A stretch of 64,000 bases of DNA from a virus: positions 1 through 64,000 of the IMG/VR virus record IMGVR_UViG_3300000366_000001; one strand, written 5' to 3'. The notes beneath the pieces are model-generated. The model made no database searches, was not told the DNA's origin, and saw only the letters and a list, made by a program, of their open reading frames with translations. The position numbers and the translations under genes were made by a program. Of this stretch, positions 11,401-19,785 are shown piece by piece (the stretch's first letter is position 1; each line of letters opens with the position of its first letter).

Positions 11401-11566
11401 TTGTAATGCGTTCAGCTTTTGATAGCGAGCCATTATAATCAAGTAGAGTTTTCTTTGTTTTTTTAGTGCTTGAATCAAGCCCATTAAACTCTTTTTTAAG
11501 CTTATCTATAGACGCTTGAGCGTTGCCAGCGTCAACTGTTAAATTTATTCTTTTATTGATAGCCAT
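8498..11566 (-). CDS. tail tape measure protein
   Basis: 1022 aa. Ala/Gln/Ser-rich with coiled-coil and hydrophobic central segments. It follows the G/T chaperone pair. Confidence 0.9.
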   Translation of the reverse strand: MAINKRINLTVDAGNAQASIDKLKKEFNGLDSSTKKTKKTLLDYNGSLSKAERITMQSLGTTSKSERAKLKYDTTLRKLNQALDKGTISQNQHSAALRSAETRFDEVSQNAKKMGNRLVNVRDVVRTLAASFAAIGIGVGLRDSIQQVAQFETSLNKLRAISGATEAQMKSLEDQSRSLGATTIFSAQQTADAQAFLAQAGFDVNEVIESTPGILSLATAGGIDLARAADIASNALGGMQMEVSELNKLNDVMAATASRSNTNIEQMGEALSYAAPVAQSAGVRIEELSAAIGVLGDSGIQSSRAGRAMVGMIRQLSNATPEATKRLASYGLTLDQLDVKTNGLTNVLQTLRDANIDTADAFKIFGSEVAPAFNILASGSDRMSELTSELQDSEGAADKMAKTMSAGLANSFRTLNSAVGETILSLNDSSGLGASLQSLITNTAGLLSVWNGLGQEFAESNDYTIDQLNSLQSVADILKTTATFVASTAVAYGTLTTAITLYTARAALATKAQLLLNAAMRANPVGLLATAIGGAATLAFIQFRRQAQETADQLESVRNQAEELYGTIGKLTDAQKQNRIESLKGQIRAAEAASDVNSLLDQRRVMFEQMSIAEQQGNEQSVAGFQRSIDAINEQISATGEQSDNVEKLRRKLAELTGEQDKNSESKDKNTDSTEENSEKVQKIIDRLVEEARTLNMTSGELAAYNVLMAGGTAEQAKFAQSLVTTTNKIKDQSESVKQAESDYQNWLTATRDSLDPMRELQREASKVMDALSRGDLSAEDARAYMQELTGGVPAVHKVKQALDDYVESAYDFETAFADVVSNTLSGLENQLTDFVMTGKLNFKDLANAIIADLVRIQIRAAVTAPLANAFSSAFGGSGTTADTPSAKGNAFVGGEVQRFAKGGLPSLSGYSNSVVNTPTRFAMGAGLMGEAGPEAILPLKRTSSGDLGVASSGGSGQELNVNVNLTNTSGEPMQMKETGRRRDGDTLDIDLVIANKVNQAIGSGRADQGMRSRFGVTPVGG

Positions 11567-11598
11567 AATAAACCCGATTATAGAAAGCTTTATTTCCT

Positions 11599-11607
11599 AT
11601 TATAACA
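11599..11607 (-). promoter_or_regulatory. extended -10 promoter TGTTATAAT (late-type motif)
   Basis: Minus strand reads TGTTATAAT. It lies downstream of a terminator and 33 nt upstream of the tape-measure ATG. Confidence 0.55.
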
Positions 11608-11621
11608 TTTTTCAAGCAAAC

Positions 11622-11646
11622 GAAAAAACGGGGCTATTTGCCCCGC
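11622..11646 (-). terminator. rho-independent terminator
   Basis: Stem CGGGGC/GCCCCG with a 5-nt loop, followed by T6 on the minus strand. Confidence 0.65.
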
Positions 11647-11891
11647 TTTCTTTCATAAATTGTAGCTATATATTCTTCATCTATTGCATTAATTAACTCA
11701 TAAAAGTAAATCTCGCTTTCTAAGACAACTTCATAAACCCGTCTTAATGAATTGATTTCATCAAAGGATATTCTTTCGGGCACGCCATGTTCTAGTGAAT
11801 ACTTCCTCCACTTAAGTACATCAAAAAACCATGATATGCAAATATCAATGTTGTCATTAGATTCTGGAATTTCATATCCCTGGTATTCCAT
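11634..11891 (-). CDS. tail assembly chaperone, gpT-like part (probably expressed as a -1 frameshift extension of 11945..12328)
   Basis: The 85-aa ORF's frame stays open upstream to 11948 and is the -1 frame of the upstream chaperone ORF. Confidence 0.6.
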   Translation of the reverse strand: MEYQGYEIPESNDNIDICISWFFDVLKWRKYSLEHGVPERISFDEINSLRRVYEVVLESEIYFYELINAIDEEYIATIYERKRGK

Positions 11892-11944
11892 TAAAATCTT
11901 GATATTTTCTTCTGGCTCGTGCTGCCTAAAAAGAATATCCCTGA

Positions 11945-12328
11945 TTACTTTTTTGCTTGTTCTGAATCTTCAGTAATTGAATCAATAAGTCCAGTAGCAA
12001 GGTTGTAGCTATGTAAATAAATAGAAACAGCCAAGTCTTCGTTTTCAATATCTGAAAGGGCAAGGATAGCGTTTTTATGATTAAACTCTACTTCATTACC
12101 ATCTTCATCATAAACGCCTTCCCATCCAGTCATGTGAGTTTTTGCGAAAAATTCAATCTCTTGCGGGGTAAATAGTTCTGCCCTGTGGTTGCCAAGGTAT
12201 GACTCTAGCTTAGCCCTAAGATTAACTCGCAATGGCTGAATATGAAAAACCATCTCTTTACCATCTTCATCCTTGAAAACAAATGGCTCAAGGATTTTTT
12301 TCTCTTTTGATTTTTTACCTAGCTTCAT
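11945..12328 (-). CDS. tail assembly chaperone (gpG-like)
   Basis: 127 aa, acidic C-terminus, between the major tail and tape measure genes; ends in the slippery site. Confidence 0.7.
   Translation of the reverse strand: MKLGKKSKEKKILEPFVFKDEDGKEMVFHIQPLRVNLRAKLESYLGNHRAELFTPQEIEFFAKTHMTGWEGVYDEDGNEVEFNHKNAILALSDIENEDLAVSIYLHSYNLATGLIDSITEDSEQAKK
11948..11954 (-). other. programmed -1 ribosomal frameshift slippery heptamer A_AAA_AAG
   Basis: The zero frame reads gcA AAA AAG taa at the end of the 127-aa ORF. After a -1 slip the reading continues GTA ATC AGG ... in frame with the ATG at 11891. Confidence 0.65.
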
Positions 12329-12345
12329 ATCTTTTCACCTATAAT

Positions 12346-12371
12346 TAAAAATGGCTACCCGTAGGCAGCCA
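12346..12371 (-). terminator. rho-independent terminator after the major tail gene
   Basis: 8-bp stem TGGCTGCC/GGGTAGCCA followed by T5 on the minus strand. Confidence 0.6.
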
Positions 12372-12379
12372 TTATATCA
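12371..12379 (-). promoter_or_regulatory. extended -10 promoter TGATATAAT abutting the terminator hairpin
   Basis: Minus strand reads gTGATATAAT directly fused to the 5' arm of the hairpin. Confidence 0.45.
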
Positions 12380-12395
12380 CTATTAAACTTAACCC

Positions 12396-13583
12396 TTAAA
12401 CCGCTTCAATAAAAGTGACTTGCACGGTATAACCGGCTGAACTTTTACCATTGGCAGAATAAGAACCAGTGTTCTTCAGACTTTGACCGTTAGCACGCTC
12501 AGGCTGCGTTAGCTCTGTGTACTGAACAGACGGCATATAAACAATCAGTTTATTACCTTCTTGATCCTGAAAGATAGTCCCAAGGCTAAACAAGGTTTCA
12601 TTTTCAAGCTTATCTTTTTCAGAGTCAATGGCGGCTGCATTGGTAGCATCAACAAAGCTATTCAGGTTACCGGTAACATTGATAGCAGCATCAGAAATCA
12701 AGCAAGCACCGTCTTGACCGATTGCATATTCCATTGACAGGCCGTTATCAATGTTAACGCTAAAGTCTGTATAGCAAACGGTTGCAGGGTCTACGCGCTG
12801 ACCATCAATAATGTACTCGTTAACGCCTGAAACCGAGCCGATAATGCGGTCATTGCTGACAGGATTATCAGTAGAGCCAGCCACTTGGATAACTTGGTCA
12901 AGCTTAGATAAGCCCATCAAACTATAAGAGCTGGTAATCAGGCCGCCTGTAGGAGTGGTGAATTCAATGCTGCCCACCTGCATATCGTTAAACGTGCGGT
13001 AAAGCGTGTCAGAGGCGCTAGGAATACGCTCTTGCACGTACAAGGGCTGTACGTTGGCGCTATTGCGGATGTTAGAGCCTCTAATGGTAATACTGGCACC
13101 GGCAGCCTCAGTAGTAGGAGCAGGGCTTACAGTTACAGTACCATTATCTGTTTTTGTGACAACCTGGAACACCACATTATCATTGCTATCCGATCCAAAT
13201 ACTTGAAAGAAGTGGCCCGCCTCAATATCAGCAAAAGCTAAACTTTCAGTGTCGTCAATTTCATCAGTTGCAGCATCAAAGCTGATCGTTGAAGCCGTGT
13301 AATCCGTTTCGTCGTAGGTGTTCTGCATTGCAGACTTGACCAAAATCTTGACGGCTGCGTCATTCACAGGGAATTCAGCGTTTACACTGCCTTCAATGGT
13401 AGACTGAGTTTTGACGTTCAAAGGAGCCTGCCTAGTAGGATCGACTTCTTCTGATTGCGTCATTGTGATTGTTTTGTCAGAAATGACACCATCGGTACGG
13501 CGAACATTCGTCCATACGGGATTAGTGTCAGTTTCTGCCAACCATTGGGAAATTTTATTCCCTCGTACATTATCCATAGCCAT
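12396..13583 (-). CDS. major tail (tube) protein
   Basis: 395 aa; lies immediately upstream of the chaperone pair and is followed by its own terminator. The call is positional. Confidence 0.65.
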   Translation of the reverse strand: MAMDNVRGNKISQWLAETDTNPVWTNVRRTDGVISDKTITMTQSEEVDPTRQAPLNVKTQSTIEGSVNAEFPVNDAAVKILVKSAMQNTYDETDYTASTISFDAATDEIDDTESLAFADIEAGHFFQVFGSDSNDNVVFQVVTKTDNGTVTVSPAPTTEAAGASITIRGSNIRNSANVQPLYVQERIPSASDTLYRTFNDMQVGSIEFTTPTGGLITSSYSLMGLSKLDQVIQVAGSTDNPVSNDRIIGSVSGVNEYIIDGQRVDPATVCYTDFSVNIDNGLSMEYAIGQDGACLISDAAINVTGNLNSFVDATNAAAIDSEKDKLENETLFSLGTIFQDQEGNKLIVYMPSVQYTELTQPERANGQSLKNTGSYSANGKSSAGYTVQVTFIEAV

Positions 13584-13611
13584 TAGGTATATACCTCTTG
13601 TTTAAACAGTG

Positions 13612-14097
13612 TTAAAAATATCTCGCAAAAAAGCGATAACTTAGCCTAAGTTCTGACCATACTGATTCAGAGGTACTAAAAGGTTCTTCCGGTATTTTTA
13701 GTATATCTTTCTCAGTATAGATTCTGGCATTCCCCGCCGGAATTGACTCGAAATTAAAAGTATTATCTAAAGCACTTTCAATTTCATAAGATTGTTTGCT
13801 TGATTGGCCTCTAGGTGTAAATATACGGCAATTAAACATAAACGTTTCATCTTTCAATACATCATTTCCATTGCCTATAGTTGACGTTCTAACAGGCTGT
13901 CTTAATATCTTTGTAGTCATCCATAAAGTATCTGTAGGATGTCTTTGAACAATTTTTCCAGTTGCAAGATTAATGTACTCAGAGCTACCTATATCAGTTT
14001 CCTCTGAAGCGTAAAAAAGACCGTCCCTGAAATTGATATAAATATCTTCATTAAAGTTTTTGGCAAAGTATTCTAAGAAATCATCAGCAAAGCGCAT
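13612..14097 (-). CDS. tail terminator / neck protein (positional)
   Basis: 161 aa; contiguous with the head-tail joining genes. Confidence 0.45.
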   Translation of the reverse strand: MRFADDFLEYFAKNFNEDIYINFRDGLFYASEETDIGSSEYINLATGKIVQRHPTDTLWMTTKILRQPVRTSTIGNGNDVLKDETFMFNCRIFTPRGQSSKQSYEIESALDNTFNFESIPAGNARIYTEKDILKIPEEPFSTSESVWSELRLSYRFFARYF

Positions 14098-14502
14098 TTA
14101 TTTACCGTCCAATGTTCGTAAAGATTCAGAGGTAGCAATATCCATTATATCCCTGGCTCTAGCGCCTGATTCATCATAGCTAACTGTTGCTGCGTAGTGA
14201 TTACCTGGAACATCAGCCACGTTATTGTAAAGGCTTATTGAGGTGTTTCTTTTTAGTGTGAATTGCCTTGTAACCTGCTCTATATCGGCTACTGTTCCTC
14301 TAGCAAGCCCAGTATCAAACTCATTGCTATCAAAGTTGTTACCAACACCATCTATAGAGGCGTTCCAGTTACCCTTAAAACGCCCTGTATCCTCCGGTGA
14401 GGCAGGCATAACGGCTGCGGCTGCGTCATTGATCGACTTACTTATAAGACCGCTTATATCGCCTTCTATAGTGTCAAATATGTCATCGAAGTCAGAAGCC
14501 AT
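14098..14502 (-). CDS. HK97 gp10-family tail completion protein
   Basis: 134 aa; has the motif PEDTGRFKGNWNASIDG typical of the gp10 family. Confidence 0.6.
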   Translation of the reverse strand: MASDFDDIFDTIEGDISGLISKSINDAAAAVMPASPEDTGRFKGNWNASIDGVGNNFDSNEFDTGLARGTVADIEQVTRQFTLKRNTSISLYNNVADVPGNHYAATVSYDESGARARDIMDIATSESLRTLDGK

Positions 14503-14876
14503 TAGCGCCTCATCTGAATCATAGTAGTCAAGTCAATAGGGTCTGTGACTGATTCGACCACAATATAAGAGTTCGACTTCCATGTTACTTGAGTGCCGTT
14601 AGGTGGCGTTTTAAATTCTTCATTTAAGACTTTTGCAAATTGATCGTTGACCTGTATATCATCAAAAGAAACTGATTTAGGCTTATTTGATCCACCTGAA
14701 GAAACAGAAAAGCATTCAGCCGTGTGCGTTATTTTATTTGATGTAACGGTTCCGGTAGCAGGATCAAAACTAGAGCCTTGATCTTCTTCCCACGACAAAG
14801 TATAGACTGCATCGAAAAAAAAAGGATTTTGCCTAAAGTCTTTATATAGCTTTGTAAACTCTGAACGTGCGCCCAT
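14502..14876 (-). CDS. head closure / head-tail adaptor protein (positional)
   Basis: 124 aa; ATGA-type overlap with the next gene; contains a T9 run that encodes FFF. Confidence 0.5.
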   Translation of the reverse strand: MGARSEFTKLYKDFRQNPFFFDAVYTLSWEEDQGSSFDPATGTVTSNKITHTAECFSVSSGGSNKPKSVSFDDIQVNDQFAKVLNEEFKTPPNGTQVTWKSNSYIVVESVTDPIDLTTMIQMRR

Positions 14877-14909
14877 TATGTTTTATCTTTTTGTTTATTT
14901 GTATTTGTT

Positions 14910-14918
14910 ATTATAACA
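14910..14918 (-). promoter_or_regulatory. extended -10 promoter TGTTATAAT
   Basis: Same 9-mer as the other late-type sites; 34 nt upstream of the ATG at 14876. Confidence 0.55.
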
Positions 14919-14944
14919 TAATGTTTTAGGGTGGATTGTGGATA

Positions 14945-14970
14945 ACAAAAAAGCCCCAATTAAGGGGCTT
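14945..14970 (-). terminator. rho-independent terminator after the Rha gene
   Basis: Stem AAGCCCC/GGGGCTT with a 6-nt loop, then a T-run on the minus strand. Confidence 0.75.
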
Positions 14971-15011
14971 GGTTGTTTCAATGTAAGAGCCTTCCTTGGC
15001 CCTTTGAGGTT

Positions 15012-15674
15012 CTAAATTGAAAGAGCTAAAACACCAACCATTGCACCGGCACGATTTTTAGCTAGCTGATATATTTGCTTGTATTCCATGTTGGCTCGGA
15101 TACCGTCACGGATTGCAAGGTCTACGATTGTTTCTAATGCGGAAAGCTGTTTTAGCTGATCTGCATTTAGGTTATCCCGCTGTCCTGAATCAATCCCTAG
15201 CATAGAGTTAGTCATTTTGGTAACGTTCGCATAGTAGCGTTCTGCCGACTTGCTACCATGTGCGCTTGCGTATTCTACCAGCATCTTAATGCTATCGGTT
15301 TCAAGTCTGCGAACTTTCTTGCCTTCCACCCTTGCAGTGTCTCGCTCCGCAATATGCGCCTTTGCATCGCGGAACGCTTTTACCAAAGCTAGCTTTGCAG
15401 CAACAACCTTCGGATTGTTGCGCATCAATGTTAGCAGGAAGTAACATTGATCTTCTGTCAAAAGCGCATAGCGCGTTGCTTTAGCAAAGCCGCCCTGATC
15501 CAAGGCTTTACCCTTTTCCGTTTCAAACGGAAGTCGGGAAAGCTCAAGCAATTCAGTAGAATACTTGTCGATATTCTCAAGAATGGTACGGTGGCGGTGG
15601 TCAAGAAAAGATGACAGAAGGCGGGAGTCGGTGCGCAGTTCGTTTTTGATATTGGTGATTTCTAACTCTTGCAT
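15012..15674 (-). CDS. Rha-family phage regulatory protein
   Basis: The N-terminus (DSRLLSSFLDHRHRTILENIDKY) matches the Rha domain signature. The gene has its own promoter and terminator. Confidence 0.7.
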   Translation of the reverse strand: MQELEITNIKNELRTDSRLLSSFLDHRHRTILENIDKYSTELLELSRLPFETEKGKALDQGGFAKATRYALLTEDQCYFLLTLMRNNPKVVAAKLALVKAFRDAKAHIAERDTARVEGKKVRRLETDSIKMLVEYASAHGSKSAERYYANVTKMTNSMLGIDSGQRDNLNADQLKQLSALETIVDLAIRDGIRANMEYKQIYQLAKNRAGAMVGVLALSI

Positions 15675-15719
15675 AGTGCAACCTCTTTAGGTTTGATTTG
15701 TGCCGTTATCGGCTAGTTT

Positions 15720-15728
15720 ATTATACCA
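15720..15728 (-). promoter_or_regulatory. extended -10 promoter TGGTATAAT for the Rha gene
   Basis: Minus strand reads TGGTATAAT directly after the upstream terminator T-run. Confidence 0.5.
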
Positions 15729-15800
15729 TAAAAAAAGCTGTACACTCTTAGTCAGGTTGAGACGAGGTAGAAGTAACCTCCAAGACTAGAATGTACAGCT
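15729..15800 (-). terminator. long-hairpin terminator
   Basis: 9-bp outer stem AGCTGTACA/TGTACAGCT with further inner pairing, followed by T7 on the minus strand. Confidence 0.65.
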
Positions 15801-15915
15801 TGTTTTTAACTTCTTTTCTACGGGTCTGAATCCGTAAGCGTAGTATAACACACTTTCTTAAGACCGCAAGAAGTCTTTTCTAACAGATCTAGTTTAGCAT
15901 TGAATAAATCTAAAT

Positions 15916-16476
15916 TCAACCCCTCATCATCACATTCAATCGACCACTAAGCGAACCAATTATAAAGCTATCCATCAAGGCAGGAACCTCTTTAGCCAGC
16001 TTCTGTACTTTATTGGCACCCATCTGTTTACCTGGCTCGAAAAACTCTTGACTACCTAAGCCTTCAAAATCCTGTCTCTTTACGCCACTAATCGACGGGT
16101 CAGCAGAGGCAATATCCTTTTGAGTTACCCACCATGCCTGATAGATTGTGGCCTTAATCAACTGCTCAGGAAAAACGCTGTAATCTGTAATAGCAACGCC
16201 ACGATAATCATTAATGCCAGTGCGCGGAAACAGCAAGGCGTAATCCTGGTTATACAGCTCACCTAGCACTTTATCCTGAATTTCACCATCCAAGTAGCTA
16301 GTAGCATACAGCAAAGCTTTAGCAATATCCTCATCATCCTGCAAGCTAATATCTTTATAAGGATCAATGCCTAAAATCTCTTTATACCGTGCTACAGAAG
16401 CATAGCTGTTAGAACTAGCACCAGGTTCACTATTAACTGTAATGCTTCCAATCACTTCAACAGGCATCGTCTGCAT
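15916..16476 (-). CDS. head-tail connector protein (gp6-like)
   Basis: 186 aa; has a YASVARYKEILGID...DIAKALLYATSYLDG pattern. An alternative ATG at 16467 has a better RBS (AGAGGA). Confidence 0.55.
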   Translation of the reverse strand: MQTMPVEVIGSITVNSEPGASSNSYASVARYKEILGIDPYKDISLQDDEDIAKALLYATSYLDGEIQDKVLGELYNQDYALLFPRTGINDYRGVAITDYSVFPEQLIKATIYQAWWVTQKDIASADPSISGVKRQDFEGLGSQEFFEPGKQMGANKVQKLAKEVPALMDSFIIGSLSGRLNVMMRG

Positions 16477-16729
16477 CCTCTTTTATCTGACTTTCAAGCT
16501 TTCTTTCTAGCTCAAGCTTAATTAACTTGTTTTCTTTCCACTTGATTTTTATGACCAATATACCAATCAAGATACCAATAAAAGCAGACACCAGGCCTAG
16601 AGTGCTTTGGATGAAATCAAGACTAATAGCGCTTCCTAGAACCACAGTAAACGCGCTCACACCCTTTGCAGTCGCTGGATGGGCAACTATAGCGTTCGCT
16701 CCTTCCGCAACTTCTTTTAGTCCGCTCAT
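16457..16729 (-). CDS. holin-like membrane protein
   Basis: 90 aa with two hydrophobic helices followed by a highly charged C-terminus. Confidence 0.45.
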   Translation of the reverse strand: MSGLKEVAEGANAIVAHPATAKGVSAFTVVLGSAISLDFIQSTLGLVSAFIGILIGILVIKIKWKENKLIKLELERKLESQIKEDADDAC

Positions 16730-17139
16730 ACATCCTGCCTATAAAATCTGGAAATATATGCAGCATAACAACGGTAAACCAGATCGTTCCCGATATAAGA
16801 TAAAAAGTTATCTCTATTAGTTCCATCTGGAGCCACCGAAATAATAAACTTGAATACTAAAGCATACATTAGAATTGTTTGATAGAAGTTGTAATCAATG
16901 GCATACCAGTAAACATAAAGGCCATATATATGAAAGAAGCAAAGAGCAATGCTAACCACAGCATAAACCTTATATCTTATTCCGTCTTGCTTTATAGTAT
17001 AACTGCAAACAACTGCATCAAGGATAGATATAGAAAGGTAGTAAACGACATTTAGATCAATGCCGTTATACTGACCATCAAGGGTTGTGAATAAAATTTC
17101 TCCGAATAAATATTCGGATACGAAAATAAGGAAAAGCAT
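16726..17139 (-). CDS. multi-pass membrane protein
   Basis: 137 aa with about 4 hydrophobic segments; ATG verified. Confidence 0.6.
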   Translation of the reverse strand: MLFLIFVSEYLFGEILFTTLDGQYNGIDLNVVYYLSISILDAVVCSYTIKQDGIRYKVYAVVSIALCFFHIYGLYVYWYAIDYNFYQTILMYALVFKFIISVAPDGTNRDNFLSYIGNDLVYRCYAAYISRFYRQDV

Positions 17140-17260
17140 TCTTGTTTACTTGTATTTGCTTTTATTCGCTTTGCTTCCGCGCTTATTTTTCTTTGCTCGT
17201 GTTCCAGCCATTTTGTTTTACCTCTTGCTTGGTTGCTTTGATTTTTATTGTACAGTTATC

Positions 17261-17269
17261 ATTATAACA
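17261..17269 (-). promoter_or_regulatory. extended -10 promoter TGTTATAAT
   Basis: Same 9-mer, upstream of the membrane-protein / connector operon. Confidence 0.5.
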
Positions 17270-17436
17270 TGATATTTTATTTAAAATAAAAAGGCCTGCT
17301 AAGGGGCTTTGGCTATATTTGCATTGATGATTCAGTCAACATAATTCCTATAAAAAAACGCAGTCCCTCATAAGCTAGACAGCATTAAAATAATGCCTGA
17401 AAAGGCAAGTGCAATTCTATGATGCTGAATCATAAT

Positions 17437-17616
17437 TCACCTTAAAGCTTCAATAGATACGACCAGTGGCGAAACAATGCTTACAGACATTATTGCAAAG
17501 TGCAGCATACGTCCATAAATACATCCTTTTTTAAACGCTGAAATGACAATGGTGGCTACAGCATATCCACCTAAAGCTGAAAGCAGCATTGTTATCAGTG
17601 AATAAATTAGTGTCAT
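17437..17616 (-). CDS. small membrane protein (59 aa, below the ORF-track cutoff)
   Basis: Own translation MTLIYSLITMLLSALGGYAVATIVISAFKKGC...; ATGA overlap with the upstream stop. Confidence 0.5.
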   Translation of the reverse strand: MTLIYSLITMLLSALGGYAVATIVISAFKKGCIYGRMLHFAIMSVSIVSPLVVSIEALR

Positions 17617-17840
17617 TCGGAAACCTTTTTGACTTTTAATCGACTACGCTCGATTCTTCGCACCTCTTCCTTTATTTCATCGTCACTGGTTCGCTTTCGT
17701 AGGCCTTCGCTGTAGCCGTAATCCCATGCTTCTTTTGCAAGCCCGTATGGGTAGGGGTTAGTTAGGTTGCGCTTATCGTATCCATGACCGTAGCCCTGCT
17801 CATACGCCGTGCAAATCTCTAAAACTACCATACTTGTCAT
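17613..17840 (-). CDS. hypothetical protein
   Basis: 75 aa; ATG verified; tightly packed with its neighbours. Confidence 0.6.
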   Translation of the reverse strand: MTSMVVLEICTAYEQGYGHGYDKRNLTNPYPYGLAKEAWDYGYSEGLRKRTSDDEIKEEVRRIERSRLKVKKVSE

Positions 17841-18193
17841 AACATAACTCCATACACTTTCATTTCTTCAACGGCAACTGATTGCTCATCATCTTTTAGC
17901 TTATAAAGGTCTGCTACCAACTGAGCATCTTCTTCGCTAACCCAGCTACTATGACATTTTGCGCCTTCAAAGTCAGAAACAATCACAGAGTAAATAACCT
18001 GATGCCTTGGCAAAACGTCATCAACAGCTCTTTCAAATGAATTGCTAACTGACTCCTTTGTATCATTCAGCTTATCCAATAAATCAGAGCCATCCTTGTA
18101 ATCATTCATAAGAATTAGTCCTTGCGCTTTTTCCAAAAGGTCGAGTGCAGACTCTATATTTAAAACGTATTCAATTTTTTCTTCTCTTGTCAT
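17837..18193 (-). CDS. hypothetical protein
   Basis: 118 aa; ATG verified; 4-nt overlap with the next gene. Confidence 0.6.
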   Translation of the reverse strand: MTREEKIEYVLNIESALDLLEKAQGLILMNDYKDGSDLLDKLNDTKESVSNSFERAVDDVLPRHQVIYSVIVSDFEGAKCHSSWVSEEDAQLVADLYKLKDDEQSVAVEEMKVYGVML

Positions 18194-18213
18194 TTAACCG
18201 TTACTCCTATTAT

Positions 18214-18513
18214 TTAAGCGTAAGATTTCTCTGTCTTGATAGCCTCTTCTGGAGTAAATCCATCATTAAAGTATTCTTTCCACGTCTCTTGACTATCATA
18301 GTGACCAAGATAACTATACGATTCCCCAAACATCATTGCATGGTATTTAACAACCCTTAGCCAGCTATCAAAATCTACAAATACGGCAGCTTTAAGCTTG
18401 TCAAGCTCCCACCACATACAGCTAAGACTAGGTTCAGCTCCTGTGTTATTCACCATGGCTTCTTCAAGCGCCTTAACTTGATTAACGATACTACCTTGAT
18501 CCAATAAATTCAT
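18214..18513 (-). CDS. hypothetical protein
   Basis: 99 aa; ATG verified. Confidence 0.6.
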   Translation of the reverse strand: MNLLDQGSIVNQVKALEEAMVNNTGAEPSLSCMWWELDKLKAAVFVDFDSWLRVVKYHAMMFGESYSYLGHYDSQETWKEYFNDGFTPEEAIKTEKSYA

Positions 18514-18532
18514 ATTTTGTTTCCTCTTTAGT

Positions 18533-18778
18533 TTAAATATGATCCCAGATATTTAGATTATTTAGCTTTTCTTGAGTTTCTTCATCCAGTTCTTCAAAGC
18601 TCAAAGGCTCTCCTGAGCTAAAATGCGATACCAGCATCTCAAGGGGATCTTCAATATCTTTCAATCTTTCGTGCTTATCCCTAAAATCCATAGCCGCCGC
18701 TTTTACGTCCCGCTCAACTTCTTCATTGCTCCATTCTGTTTCGTAGATGAATTTGCACAAATATTCCCAGTTATTCAT
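18533..18778 (-). CDS. hypothetical protein
   Basis: The track start at 18787 is GTG. The first ATG at 18778 (MNNWEY...) has AAGGG upstream. Confidence 0.55.
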   Translation of the reverse strand: MNNWEYLCKFIYETEWSNEEVERDVKAAAMDFRDKHERLKDIEDPLEMLVSHFSSGEPLSFEELDEETQEKLNNLNIWDHI

Positions 18779-18790
18779 AGCTAACACCCT

Positions 18791-18961
18791 TTAGTTTTTA
18801 GCAGCATAAATGATGATCTTAAAAAGCTCAATAGTCAACTCCTTAACAACATTAAACAAACCTATCACAGCAAACGCAACTAGTGCCAATAAAGCAAGGG
18901 CAAAAGGCGAAACCAATAGCGCACCAAGAGCATATTGAATTACTGTGTAAAATGCACTCAT
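18791..18961 (-). CDS. small membrane protein (56 aa)
   Basis: Own translation MSAFYTVIQYALGALLVSPFALALLALVAFAVIG...; ATGA overlap with the upstream stop. Confidence 0.45.
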   Translation of the reverse strand: MSAFYTVIQYALGALLVSPFALALLALVAFAVIGLFNVVKELTIELFKIIIYAAKN

Positions 18962-19524
18962 ACCTTATCCCACCATGACGGAACCCACTCATCAATAACT
19001 TTAACAATCTGATAATGGTAGTCCCACTCGCAATCTGAAGAAAAGTCTACTCCTTTCAAAGCAACCTGTAAAGCTTCATCGTATGTTAGCCCTTCCTTGA
19101 CCAGCTCTGATCCGTTAAGGACTAGATATTCTTCTTTGGGTTCTTTGTTTAAGGAAGCATCAGAAGCAACCTTGTTGTAAAGCTCTAAAAACTCATCATC
19201 TGTAAAACTATCAATCCATTTTTTCGATGATTCTAGCATTTCCTTTTCGTTTTCAGATAGGCAATGTAGTTCATGTGGCGGCTCAATCATGGACTCATAG
19301 GTATCCTTGATACTATGTGATAGATCAGTATTTTTATCCCTGAGAAGCCTAAGAGCAAGATCATCATTACCCTTGCTTCGCAAATAACCTACAGCTATCT
19401 TTTTCAAACCAACCTTATCTATCAACTCGTCAAAATCCTCGATAGCATTTTCTACTCTTCTATTTCTCCACCTGTCCTTAAATATCTCTCTAACCTTTTC
19501 ATTATCAACCTTAATCATAACCAT
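18958..19524 (-). CDS. hypothetical protein
   Basis: Start moved to the ATG at 19524 (MVMIKVDNEK...), preceded by GAAGAGGAG and overlapping the upstream stop. Confidence 0.55.
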   Translation of the reverse strand: MVMIKVDNEKVREIFKDRWRNRRVENAIEDFDELIDKVGLKKIAVGYLRSKGNDDLALRLLRDKNTDLSHSIKDTYESMIEPPHELHCLSENEKEMLESSKKWIDSFTDDEFLELYNKVASDASLNKEPKEEYLVLNGSELVKEGLTYDEALQVALKGVDFSSDCEWDYHYQIVKVIDEWVPSWWDKV

Positions 19525-19709
19525 CACTCCTCTTCTTCTGTTTTCGGCACTGCAACAATCTTGCAATATTCATTTCTCGGTAAAGACTTTTCGCATTCTT
19601 CAATTATATTCTGGGCCTCCAGTCCCTTTACGCAAGCTTCATTCATGATATCATCAATCACCAATATAGTAAGGATACAGCCTGCTAAAAAAGATACAAA
19701 CCACCCCAT
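19524..19709 (-). CDS. small membrane protein
   Basis: ATG at 19709 (MGWFVSFLAGCILTILV...) with GGAGGG upstream; the track start is TTG. Confidence 0.55.
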   Translation of the reverse strand: MGWFVSFLAGCILTILVIDDIMNEACVKGLEAQNIIEECEKSLPRNEYCKIVAVPKTEEEE

Positions 19710-19785
19710 ACTGCCCTCCAAAAATTAGCCAAAAAAAATCCCACTACCCAAGGGTAGCAGGATCAAATCAAAAGTCAAACTTTTT

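Noticed and set aside
14815-14823. T9 homopolymer (minus strand) in the head-closure gene as a slippage or phase-variation site
   Set aside because: It simply encodes Pro-Phe-Phe-Phe. I saw no extended alternative frame that a +1 or -1 slip would open, so there is no evidence for recoding.
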